DNA of 64,000 bases from the human T2T-CHM13v2.0 reference genome, Homo sapiens: NCBI RefSeq assembly GCF_009914755.1, contig NC_060929.1. The stretch is one strand, 5' to 3'. The translations under genes were made by a program, and so were the position numbers. How positions within the stretch are numbered: the stretch's first letter is position 1; the number at the start of each line of letters is the position of its first letter. This document shows, in pieces, positions 25,601-38,000 of this stretch. The notes beneath the pieces are model-generated. The model was not told the DNA's origin. It saw nothing but the letters and a program-made list of their open reading frames with translations, and made no database searches.

Positions 25601-28600
25601 GAATCACTCTGTTTGTAAAGTCTGCAAGTGGATATTCAGACCTCTTTGAGGCCTTCGTTGGAAACGGGTTTTTTTCATATAAGGCTAGACAGAAGAATTC
25701 CCAGTAACTTCCTTGTGTTGTGTGTGTTCAACTCACAGAGTTGAACTTTCATTTACACAGAGCAGATTTGAAACTCTCTTTTTGTGGAATTTGCAATTGG
25801 AGATTTCAAGCGCTTTGAGGCCAAAGGCAGAAAAGGAAATATCTTCGTATAAAAACTAGACAGAATCATTCTCAGAAACTGCTCTGCGATGTGTGCGTTC
25901 AACTCTCAGAGTTTAACTTTGCTTTTCATTCAGCAGTTTGGAAACACTCTGTTTGTAAAGTCTGCACGTGGATAATTTGACCACTTAGAGGCCTTCGTTG
26001 GAAACGGGTTTTTTTCATGTAAGGCTAGACAGAAGAATTCTCAGTAACTTCCTTGTGTTGTGTGTATTCAACTCACACAGTTGAACGATCCTTTACACAG
26101 AGCAGACTTGTAACACTCTTTTTGTGGAATTTGCAAGTGGAGATTTCAGCCGCTTTGAAGTCAAAGGTAGAAAAGGAAATATCTTCCTATAAAAACTAGA
26201 CAGAATGATTCTCAGAAACTCCTTTGTGATGTGTGCGTTCAACTCACAGAGTTTAACCTTTCTTTTCATAGAGCAGTTAGGAAACACTCTGTTTGTAAAG
26301 TCTCCAAGTGGATATTCAGACCTCTTTGAGGCCTTCGTTGGAAACGGGTTTTTTTCATATAAGGCTAGACAGAAGAATTCCCAGTAACTTCCTTCTGTTG
26401 TGTGTGTTCAACTCACAGAGTTGAACTTTGATTTACACAGAGCAGATTTGAAACACTCTTTTTGTGGAATTTGCAAGTGGAGATTTCAAGCGCTTTGAGG
26501 CCAAAGGCAGAAAAGGAAATATCTTCGTATAAAAACTAGACAGAATCATTCTCAGAAACTGCTCTGTGATGTGTGCGTTCAACTCTCAGAGTTTAACTTT
26601 TCTTCTCATTCAGCAGTTTGGAAACACTCTGTTTGTAAAGTCTGCACGTGGATAATTTGACCACTTAGAGGCCTTCGTTGGAAACGGGTTTTTTTCATGT
26701 AAGGCTAGACAGAAGAATTCTCAGTAACTTCCTTGTGTTGTGTGTATTCAACTCACAGAGTTGAACGATCCTTTACACAGAGCAGACTTGTAACACTCTT
26801 TTTGTGGAATTTGCAAGTGGAGATTTCAGCCGCTTTGAAGTCAAAGGTAGAAAAGGAAATATCTTCCTATAAAAACTAGACAGAATGATTCTCAGAAACT
26901 CCTTTGTGATGTGTGTGTTCAACTCACAGAGTTTAACCTTTCTTTTCATAGAGCAGTTAGGAATCACTCTGTTTGTAAAGTCTGCAAGTGGATATTCAGA
27001 CCTCTTTGAGGCCTTCGTTGGAAACCGGTTTTTTTCATATAAGGCTAGACAGAAGAATTCCCAGTAACTTCCTTGTGTTGTGTGTGTTCAACTCACAGAG
27101 TTGAACTTTCATTTACACAGAGCAGATTTGAAACACTCTTTTTGTGGAATTTGCAAATGGAGATTTCAAGCGCTTTGAGGCCAAAGGCAGAAAAGGAAAT
27201 ATCTTTGTATAAAAACTAGACAGAATCATTCTCAGAAACTGCTCTGCGATGTGTGCGTTCAACTCTCAGAGTTTAACTTTGCTTTTCATTCAGCAGTTTG
27301 GAAACACTCTGTTTGTAAAGTCTGCACGTGGATAATTTGACCACTTAGAGGCCTTCGTTGGAAACGGGTTTTTTTCATGTAAGGCTAGACAGAAGAATTC
27401 TCAGTAACTTCCTTGTGTTGTGTGTATTCAACTCACACAGTTGAACGATCCTTTACACAGAGCAGACTTGTAACACTCTTTTTGTGGAATTTGCAAGTGG
27501 AGATTTCAGCCGCTTTGAAGTCAAAGGTAGAAAAGGAAATATCTTCCTATAAAAACTAGACAGAATGATTCTCAGAAACTCCTTTGTGATGTGTGCGTTC
27601 AACTCACAGAGTTTAACCTTTCTTTTCATAGAGCAGTTAGGAAACACTCTGTTTGTAAAGTCTCCAAGTGGATATTCAGACCTCTTTGAGGCCTTCGTTG
27701 GAAACGGGTTTTATTCATATAAGGCTAGACAGAAGAATTCCCAGTAACTTCCTTCTGTTGTGTGTGTTCAACTCACAGAGTTGAACTTTCATTTACACAG
27801 AGCAGATTTGAAACACTCTTTTTGTGGAATTTTCAAGTGGAAATTTCAAGCGCTTTGAGGCCAAAGGCAGAAAAGGAAATATCTTCGTATAAAAACTAGA
27901 CAGAATCATTCTCAGAAACTGCTCTGCGATGTGTGCGTTCAACTCTCAGAGTTTAACTTTTCTTTTCATTCAGCAGTTTGGAAACACTCTGTTTGTAAAG
28001 TCTGCACGTGGATATTTTGACCACTTAGAGGCCTTCGTTGGAAACGGGTTTTTTTCCTGTAAGGCTAGACAGAAGAATTCCCAGTAACTTCCTTGTGTTG
28101 TGTACATTCAACTCACAGAGTTGAACGTTCCCTTAGACAGAGCAGATTTGAAACACTCTTTTTGTGCAATTGGCAAGTGGAGATTTCAAGCGCTTTAAGG
28201 TCAATGGCAGAAAAGGAAATATCTTCGTTTCAAAACTAGACAGAATCATTCCCACAAACTGCGTTGTGATGTGTTCGTTCATCTCACAGAGTTTAACCTT
28301 TCTTTTCGTAGAGCAGTTAGGAAACAGTCTGTTTGTAAATTCTGTAAGTGGATATTCTGACATCTTGTGGCCTTCGTGGGAAACGGGATTTCTTCATATT
28401 CTGCTAGACAGAAGAATTCTCAGAATCTTCCTTGTGTTGTGTGTATTCAACTCACACAGTTGAACGATTGTTTACACAGAGCAGATTTGAAACACTCTTT
28501 CTGTGGAATTTGCAAGTGGAGATTTCAGCCGCTTTGAGGTCCATGGTAGAAAAGGAAATATCTTCGTATAACAACTAGACAGAATGATTCTCAGAAACTT

Positions 28601-31600
28601 CTTTGTGATGTGTGCGTTCAACTCACAGAGTTTAACCTTTCTTTTCATGGAGCAGTTAGGAAACACTCTGTTTGTAAACTCTGCAAGTGGATATTCAGAC
28701 CTCTTTGAGGCCTTCGTTGGAAACGGGATTTCTTCATACTGTGCTAGACAGAAGAATTCTCAGTAACTTCCTTGTGTTGTGTGTATTCAACTCACAGAGT
28801 TGAACGATCCTTTACACAGAGCAGACTTGAAACACTCTTTTTGTGGAATTTGCAAGTGGAGATTTCAGCCGCGTTGAGGTCAATGGTAGAAAAGGAAATA
28901 TCTTCGTATAAAAACTAGACAGAATGATTCTCAGAAACTCCTTTGTGATGTGTGTGTGTTCAACTCACAGAGTTTAACATTTCTTTTCATAGAGCAGTTA
29001 GGAAACACTCTGTTTCTAAAGTCTGCAAGTGGATATTCAGACCTCTTTGAGGCCTTCGTTGGAAACGGGTTTTTTTCATATAAGGCTAGACAGAAGAATT
29101 CCCAGTAACTTCCTTGTGTTGTGTGTGTTCAACTCACAGAGTTGAACTTTCATTTACACAGAGCAGATTTGAAACACTCTTTTCGTGAAATTTGCAAGTG
29201 GAGATTTCAAGCGCTTTGAGGCCAAAGGCAGAAAAGGAAATATCTTCGTATAAAAACTAGACAGAATCATTCTCAGAAACTGCTCTGCGATGTGTGCCTT
29301 CAACTCTCAGAGTTTAACTTTTCTTTTCATTCAGCAGTTTGGAAACACTCTGTTTGTAAAGTCTGCACGTGGATAATTTGACCACTTAGAGGCCTTCGTT
29401 GGAAACGGGTTTTTTTCATGTAAGGCTAGACAGAAGAATTCTCAGTAACTTCCTTGTGTTGTGTGTATTCAACTCACAGAGTTGAACGATCCTTTACACA
29501 GAGCAGACTTGTAACACTCTTTTTGTGGAATTTGCAAGTGGAGATTTCAGCCGCTTTGAAGTCAAAGGTAGAAAAGGAAATATCTTCCTATAAAAACTAG
29601 ACAGAATGATTCTCAGAAACTCCTTTGTGATGTGTGCGTTCAACTCACAGAGTTTAACCTTTCTTTTCATAGAGCAGTTAGGAAACACTCTGCTTGTAAA
29701 GTCTGCAAGTGGATATTCAGCCCTCTTTGAGGCCTTCGTTGGAAACGGGTTTTTTTCATATAAGGCTAGACAGAAGAATTCCCAGTAACTTCTTTGTGTT
29801 GTGTGTGTTCAACTCACAGAGTTGAACTTTGATTTACACAGAGCAGATTTGAAACACTCTTTTTGTGGAATTTGCAAGTGGAGATTTCAAGCGCTTTGAG
29901 GCCAAAGGCAGAAAAGGAAATATCTTCGTATAAAAACTAGACAGAATCATTCTCAGAAACTGCTCTGCGATGTGTGCGTTCAACTCTCAGAGTTTAACTT
30001 TTCTTTTCATTCAACAGTTTGGAAACACTCTGTTTGTAAAGTCTGCACGTGGATATTTTGACCACTTAGAGGCCTTCGTTGGAAACGGGTTTTTTTCCTG
30101 TAAGGCTAGACAGAAGAATTCCCAGTAACTTCCTTGTGTTGTGTACATTCAACTCACAGAGTTGAACGTTCCCTTAGACAGAGCAGATTTGAAACACTCT
30201 TTTTGTGCAATTGGCAAGTGGAGATTTCAAGCGCTTTGAGGTCAATGGCAGAAAAGGAAATATCTTCGTTTCAAAACTAGACAGAATCATTCCCACAAAC
30301 TGCGTTGTGATGTGTTCGTTCATCTCACAGAGTTTAACCTTTCTTTTCGTAGAGCAGTTAGGAAACAGTCTGTTTGTAAATTCTGTAAGTGGATATTCTG
30401 ACATCTTGTGGCCTTCGTTGGAAACGGGATTTCTTCATATTCTGCTAGACAGAAGAATTCTCAGAATCTTCCTTGTGTTGTGTGTATTCAACTCACACAG
30501 TTGAACGATTGTTTACACAGAGCAGATTTGAAACACTCTTTTTGTGGAATTTGCAAGTGGAGATTTCAGCCGCTTTGAGGTCAATGGTAGAAAAGGAAAT
30601 ATCTTCGTATAAAAACTAGACAGAATGATTCTCAGAAACTTCTTTGTGATGTGTGCGTTCAACTCACAGAGTTTAACCTTTCTTTTCATAGAGCAGTTAG
30701 GAAACACTCTGTTTGTAAACTCTGCAAGTGGATATTCAGACCTCTTTGAGGCCTTCGTTGGAAACGGGATTTCTTCATACTGTGCTAGACAGAAGAATTC
30801 TCAGTAACTTCCTTGTGTTGTGTGTATTCAACTCACAGAGTTGAACGATCCTTTACACAGAGCAGACTTGAAACGCTCTTTTTGTGGAATTTGCAAGTGG
30901 AGATTTCAGCCGCGTTGAGGTCAATGGTAGAAAAGGAAATATCTTCGTATAAAAACTAGACAGAATGATTCTCAGAAACTCCTTTGTGATGTGTGTGTTC
31001 AACTCACAGAGTTTAACCTTTCTTTTCATAGAGCAGTTAGGAAACACTCTGTTTGTAAAGTCTGCAAGTGGATATTCAGACCTCTTTGAGGCCTTCGTTG
31101 GAAACGGGTTTTTTTCATATAAGGCTAGACAGAAGGATTCCCAGTAACTTCCTTGTGTTGTGTGTGTTCAACTCACAGAGTTGAACTTTCATTTACACAG
31201 AGCAGATTTGAAACACTCTTTTTGTGGAATTTGCAAGTGGAGATTTCAAGCGCTTTGAGGCCAAAGGCAGAAAAGGAAATATCTTCGTATAAAAACTAGA
31301 CAGAATCATTCTCAGAAACTGCTCTGTGATGTGTGCGTTCAACTCTCAGAGTTTAACTTTTCTTTTCATTCAGCAGTTTGGAAACACTCTGTTTGTAAAG
31401 TCTGCACGTGGATAATTTGACCACTTAGAGGCCTTCGTTGGAAACGGGTTTTTTTCATGTAAGGCTAGACAGAAGAATTCTCAGTAACTTCCTTGTGTTG
31501 TGTGTATTCAACTCACACAGTTGAACGATCCTTTACACAGAGCAGACTTGTAACACTCTTTTTGTGGAATTTGCAAGTGGAGATTTCAGCCGCTTTGAAG

Positions 31601-34600
31601 TCAAAGGTAGAAAAGGAAATATCTTCCTATAAAAACTAGACAGAATGATTCTCAGAAACTCCTTTGTGATGTGTGCGTTCAACTCACAGAGTTTAACCTT
31701 TCTTTTCATAGAGCAGTTAGGAAACACTCTGCTTGTAAAGTCTGCAAGTGGATATTCAGCCCTCTTTGAGGCCTTCGTTGGAAACGGGTTTTTTTCATAT
31801 AAGGCTAGACAGAAGAATTCCCAGTAACTTCCTTGTGTTGTGTACATTCAACTCACAGAGTTGAACGTTCCCTTAGACAGAGCAGATTTGAAACACTCTT
31901 TTTGTGCAATTGGCAAGTGGAGATTTCAAGCGCTTTAAGGTCAATGGCAGAAAAGGAAATATCTTCGTTTCAAAACTAGACAGAATCATTCCCACAAACT
32001 GCGTTGTGATGTGTTCGTTCAACTCACAGAGTTTAACCTTTCTTTTCATAGAGCAGTTAGGAAACAGTCTGTTTGAAAATTCTGTAAGTGGATATTCTGA
32101 CATCTTGTGGCCTTCGTTGGAAACGGGATTTCTTCATATTCTGCTAGACAGAAGAATTCTCAGAATCTTCCTTGTGTTGTGTGTATTCAACTCACACAGT
32201 TGAACGATCCTTTACACAGAGCAGATTTGAAACACTCATTTGGTGGAATTTGTAAGTGGAGGTTTCAGCCGCTTTGAGGTCCATGGTAGAAAAGGAAATA
32301 TCTTCGTATAACAACTAGACAGAATGATTCTCAGAAACTTCTTTGTGATGTGTGCGTTCAACTCACAGAGTTTAACCTTTCTTTTCATAGAGCAGTTAGG
32401 AAACACTCTGTTTGTAAACTCTGCAAGTGGATATTCAGACCTCTTTGAGGCCTTCGTTGGAAACGGGATTTCTTCATACTGTGCTAGACAGAAGAATTCT
32501 CAGTAACTTCCTTGTGTTGTGTGTATTCAACTCACAGAGTTGAACGATCCTTTATACAGAGCAGACTTGAAACACTCTTTTTGTGGAATTTGCAAGTGGA
32601 GATTTCAGCCGCGTTGAGGTCAATGGTAGAAAAGGAAATATCTTCCTATAAAAACTAGACAGAATGATTCTCAGAAACTCCTTTGTGATGTGTCTGTTCA
32701 ACTCACAGAGTTTAACATTTCTTTTCATAGAGCAGTTAGGAAACACTCTGTTTGTAAAGTCTGCAAGTGGATATTCAGACCTCTTTGAGGCCTTCGTTGG
32801 AAACGGGTTTTTTTCATATAAGGCTAGACAGAAGAATTCCCAGTAACTTCCTTGTGTTGTGTGTGTTCAACTCACAGAGTTGAACTTTCATTTACACAGA
32901 GCAGATTTGAAACACTCTTTTTGTGGAATTTGCAAGTGGAGATTTCAAGCGCTTTGAGGCCAAAGGCAGAAAAGGAAATATCTTCGTATAAAAACTAGAC
33001 AGAATCATTCTCAGAAACTGCTCTGCGATGTGTGCGTTCAACTCTCAGAGTTTAACTTTTCTTTTCATTCAGCAGTTTGGAAACACTCTGTTTGTAAAGT
33101 CTGCACGTGGATATTTTGACCACTTAGAGGCCTTCGTTGGAAACGGGTTTTTTTCCTGTAAGGCTAGACAGAAGAATTCCCAGTAACTTCCTTGTGTTGT
33201 GTACATTCAACTCACAGAGTTGAACGTTCCCTTAGACAGAGCAGATTTGAAACACTCTTTTTGTGCAATTGGCAAGTGGAGATTTCAAGCGCTTTGAGGT
33301 CAATGGCAGAAAAGGAAATATCTTCGTTTCAAAACTAGACAGAATCATTCCCACAAACTGCGTTGTGATGTGTTCGTTCATCTCACAGAGTTTAACCTTT
33401 CTTTTCGTAGAGCAGTTAGGAAACAGTCTGTTTGTAAATTCTGTAAGTGGATATTCTGACATCTTGTGGCCTTCGTTGGAAACGGGATTTCTTCATATTC
33501 TGCTAGACAGAAGAATTCTCAGAATCTTCCTTGTGTTGTGTGTATTCAACTCACACAGTTGAACGATTGTTTACACAGAGCAGATTTGAAACACTCTTTT
33601 TGTGGAATTTGCAAGTGGAGATTTCAGCCGCTTTGAGGTCAATGGTAGAAAAGGAAATATCTTCGTATAAAAACTAGACAGAATGATTCTCAGAAACTTC
33701 TTTGTGATGTGTGCGTTCAACTCACAGAGTTTAACCTTTCTTTTCATAGAGCAGTTAGGAAACACTCTGTTTGTAAACTCTGCAAGTGGATATTCAGACC
33801 TCTTTGAGGCCTTCGTTGGAAACGGGATTTCTTCATACTGTGCTAGACAGAAGAATTCTCAGTAACTTCCTTGTGTTGTGTGTATTCAACTCACAGAGTT
33901 GAACGATCCTTTACACAGAGCAGACTTGAAACGCTCTTTTTGTGGAATTTGCAAGTGGAGATTTCAGCCGCGTTGAAGTCAATGGTAGAAAAGGAAATAT
34001 CTTCGTATAAAAACTAGACAGAATGATTCTCAGAAACTCCTTTGTGATGTGTGTGTTCAACTCACAGAGTTTAACCTTTCTTTTCATAGAGCAGTTAGGA
34101 ATCACTCTGTTTGTAAAGTCTGCAAGTGGATATTCAGACCTCTTTGAGGCCTTCGTTGGAAACGGGTTTTTTTCATATAAGGCTAGACAGAAGAATTCCC
34201 AGTAACTTCCTTGTGTTGTGTGTGTTCAACTCACAGAGTTGAACTTTCATTTACACAGAGCAGATTTGAAACTCTCTTTTTGTGGAATTTGCAATTGGAG
34301 ATTTCAAGCGCTTTGAGGCCAAAGGCAGAAAAGGAAATATCTTCGTATAAAAACTAGACAGAATCATTCTCAGAAACTGCTCTGCGATGTGTGCGTTCAA
34401 CTCTCAGAGTTTAACTTTGCTTTTCATTCAGCAGTTTGGAAACACTCTGTTTGTAAAGTCTGCACGTGGATAATTTGACCACTTAGAGGCCTTCGTTGGA
34501 AACGGGTTTTTTTCATGTAAGGCTAGACAGAAGAATTCTCAGTAACTTCCTTGTGTTGTGTGTATTCAACTCACACAGTTGAACGATCCTTTACACAGAG

Positions 34601-35064
34601 CAGACTTGTAACACTCTTTTTGTGGAATTTGCAAGTGGAGATTTCAGCCGCTTTGAAGTCAAAGGTAGAAAAGGAAATATCTTCCTATAAAAACTAGACA
34701 GAATGATTCTCAGAAACTCCTTTGTGATGTGTGCGTTCAACTCACAGAGTTTAACCTTTCTTTTCATAGAGCAGTTAGGAAACACTCTGTTTGTAAAGTC
34801 TCCAAGTGGATATTCAGACCTCTTTGAGGCCTTCGTTGGAAACGGGTTTTTTTCATATAAGGCTAGACAGAAGAATTCCCAGTAACTTCCTTCTGTTGTG
34901 TGTGTTCAACTCACAGAGTTGAACTTTGATTTACACAGAGCAGATTTGAAACACTCTTTTTGTGGAATTTGCAAGTGGAGATTTCAAGCGCTTTGAGGCC
35001 AAAGGCAGAAAAGGAAATATCTTCGTATAAAAACTAGACAGAATCATTCTCAGAAACTGCTCTG
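17898..35064 (+). repeat. Tandem duplication of an 8498-bp, 50-monomer block containing 12-, 10-, 8- and 20-mer HORs
   Basis: A markers 19629/21670/23369/24728 recur at 28127/30168/31867/33226 (+8498) with shared private variants. First flanking mismatches seen at 17897/26395 and 26567/35065. Confidence 0.92.
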
Positions 35065-38000
35065 CGATGTGTGCGTTCAACTCTCAGAGTTTAACTTTTC
35101 TTTTCATTCAGCAGTTTGGAAACACTCTGTTTGTAAAGTCTGCACGTGGATAATTTGACCACTTAGAGGCCTTCGTTGGAAACGGGTTTTTTTCATGTAA
35201 GGCTAGACAGAAGAATTCTCAGTAACTTCCTTGTGTTGTGTGTATTCAACTCACAGAGTTGAACGATCCTTTACACAGAGCAGACTTGTAACACTCTTTT
35301 TGTGGAATTTGCAAGTGGAGATTTCAGCCGCTTTGAAGTCAAAGGTAGAAAAGGAAATATCTTCCTATAAAAACTAGACAGAATGATTCTCAGAAACTCC
35401 TTTGTGATGTGTGTGTTCAACTCACAGAGTTTAACCTTTCTTTTCATAGAGCAGTTAGGAATCACTCTGTTTGTAAAGTCTGCAAGTGGATATTCAGACC
35501 TCTTTGAGGCCTTCGTTGGAAACGGGTTTTTTTCATATAAGGCTAGACAGAAGAATTCCCAGTAACTTCCTTGTGTTGTGTGTGTTCAACTCACAGAGTT
35601 GAACTTTCATTTACACAGAGCAGATTTGAAACACTCTTTTTGTGGAATTTGCAAATGGAGATTTCAAGCGCTTTGAGGCCAAAGGCAGAAAAGGAAATAT
35701 CTTCGTATAAAAACTAGACAGAATCATTCTCAGAAACTGCTCTGCGATGTGTGCGTTCAACTCTCAGAGTTTAACTTTGCTTTTCATTCAGCAGTTTGGA
35801 AACACTCTGTTTGTAAAGTCTGCACGTGGATAATTTGACCACTTAGAGGCCTTCGTTGGAAACGGGTTTTTTTCATGTAAGGCTAGACAGAAGAATTCTC
35901 AGTAACTTCCTTGTGTTGTGTGTATTCAACTCACAGAGTTGAACGATCCTTTACACAGAGCAGACTTGTAACACTCTTTTTGTGGAATTTGCAAGTGGAG
36001 ATTTCAGCCGCTTTGAAGTCAAAGGTAGAAAAGGAAATATCTTCCTATAAAAACTAGACAGAATGATTCTCAGAAACTCCTTTGTGATGTGTGTATTCAA
36101 CTCACAGAGTTTAACCTTTCTTTTCATAGAGCAGTTAGGAAACACTCTGCTTGTAAAGTCTGCAAGTGGATATTCAGCCCTCTTTGAGGCCTTCGTTGGA
36201 AACGGGTTTTTTTCATATAAGGCTAGACAGAAGAATTCCCAGTAACTTCCTTGTGTTGTGTGTGTTCTACTCACAGAGTTGAACTTTGATTTACACAGAG
36301 CAGATTTGAAACACTCTTTTTGTGGAATTTGCAAGTGGAGATTTCAAGCGCTTTGAGGCCAAAGGCAGAAAAGGAAATATCTTCGTATAAAAACTAGACA
36401 GAATCATTCTCAGAAACTGCTCTGCGATGTGTGCGTTCAACTCTCAGAGTTTAACTTTTCTTTTCATTCAGCAGTTTGGAAACACTCTGTTTGTAAAGTC
36501 TGCACGTGGATATTTTGACCACTTAGAGGCCTTCGTTGGAAACGGGTTTTTTTCCTGTAAGGCTAGACAGAAGAATTCCCAGTAACTTCCTTGTGTTGTG
36601 TACATTCAACTCACAGAGTTGAACGTTCCCTTAGACAGAGCAGATTTGAAACACTCTTTTTGTGCAATTGGCAAGTGGAGATTTCAAGCGCTTTAAGGTC
36701 AATGGCAGAAAAGGAAATATCTTCGTTTCAAAACTAGACAGAATCATTCCCACAAACTGCGTTGTGATGTGTTCGTTCATCTCACAGAGTTTAACCTTTC
36801 TTTTCGTAGAGCAGTTAGGAAACAGTCTGTTTGTAAATTCTGTAAGTGGATATTCTGACATCTTGTGGCCTTCGTTGGAAACGGGATTTCTTCATATTCT
36901 GCTAGACAGAAGAATTCTCAGAATCTTCCTTGTGTTGTGTGTATTCAACTCACACAGTTGAACGATTGTTTACACAGAGCAGATTTGAAACACTCTTTTT
37001 GTGGAATTTGCAAGTGGAGATTTCAGCCGCTTTGAGGTCAATGGTAGAAAAGGAAATATCTTCGTATAAAAACTAGACAGAATGATTCTCAGAAACTTCT
37101 TTGTGATGTGTGCGTTCAACTCACAGAGTTTAACCTTTCTTTTCATAGAGCAGTTAGGAAACACTCTGTTTGTAAACTCTGCAAGTGGATATTTAGACCT
37201 CTTTGAGGCCTTCGTTGGAAACGGGATTTTTTCATACTGTACTAGACAGAAGAATTCTCAGTAACTTCCTTGTGTTGTGTGTATTCAACTCACAGAGTTG
37301 AACGATCCTTTACACAGAGCAGACTTGAAACACTCTTTTTGTGGAATTTGCAAGTGGAGATTTCAGCCGCGTTGAGGTCAATGGTAGAAAAGGAAATATC
37401 TTCGTATAAAAACTAGACAGAATGATTCTCAGAAACTCCTTTGTGATGTGTGTGTTCAACTCACAGAGTTTAACCTTTCTTTTCATAGAGCAGTTAGGAA
37501 TCACTCTGTTTGTAAAGTCTGCAAGTGGATATTCAGACCTCTTTGAGGCCTTCGTTGGAAACGGGTTTTTTTCATATAAGGCTAGACAGAAGAATTCCCA
37601 GTAACTTCCTTGTGTTGTGTTTGTTCAACTCACAGAGTTGAACTTTCATTTACACAGAGCAGATTTGAAACACTCTTTTTGTGGAATTTGCAAATGGAGA
37701 TTTCAAGCGCTTTGAGGCCAAAGGCAGAAAAGGAAATATCTTCGTATAAAAACTAGACAGAATCATTCTCAGAAACTGCTCTGCGATGTGTGCGTTCAAC
37801 TCTCAGAGTTTAACTTTGCTTTTCATTCAGCAGTTTGGAAACACTCTGTTTGTAAAGTCTGCACGTGGATAATTTGACCACTTAGAGGCCTTCGTTGGAA
37901 ACGGGTTTTTTTCATGTAAGGCTAGACAGAAGAATTCTCAGTAACTTCCTTGTGTTGTGTGTATTCAACTCACACAGTTGAACGATCCTTTACACAGAGC

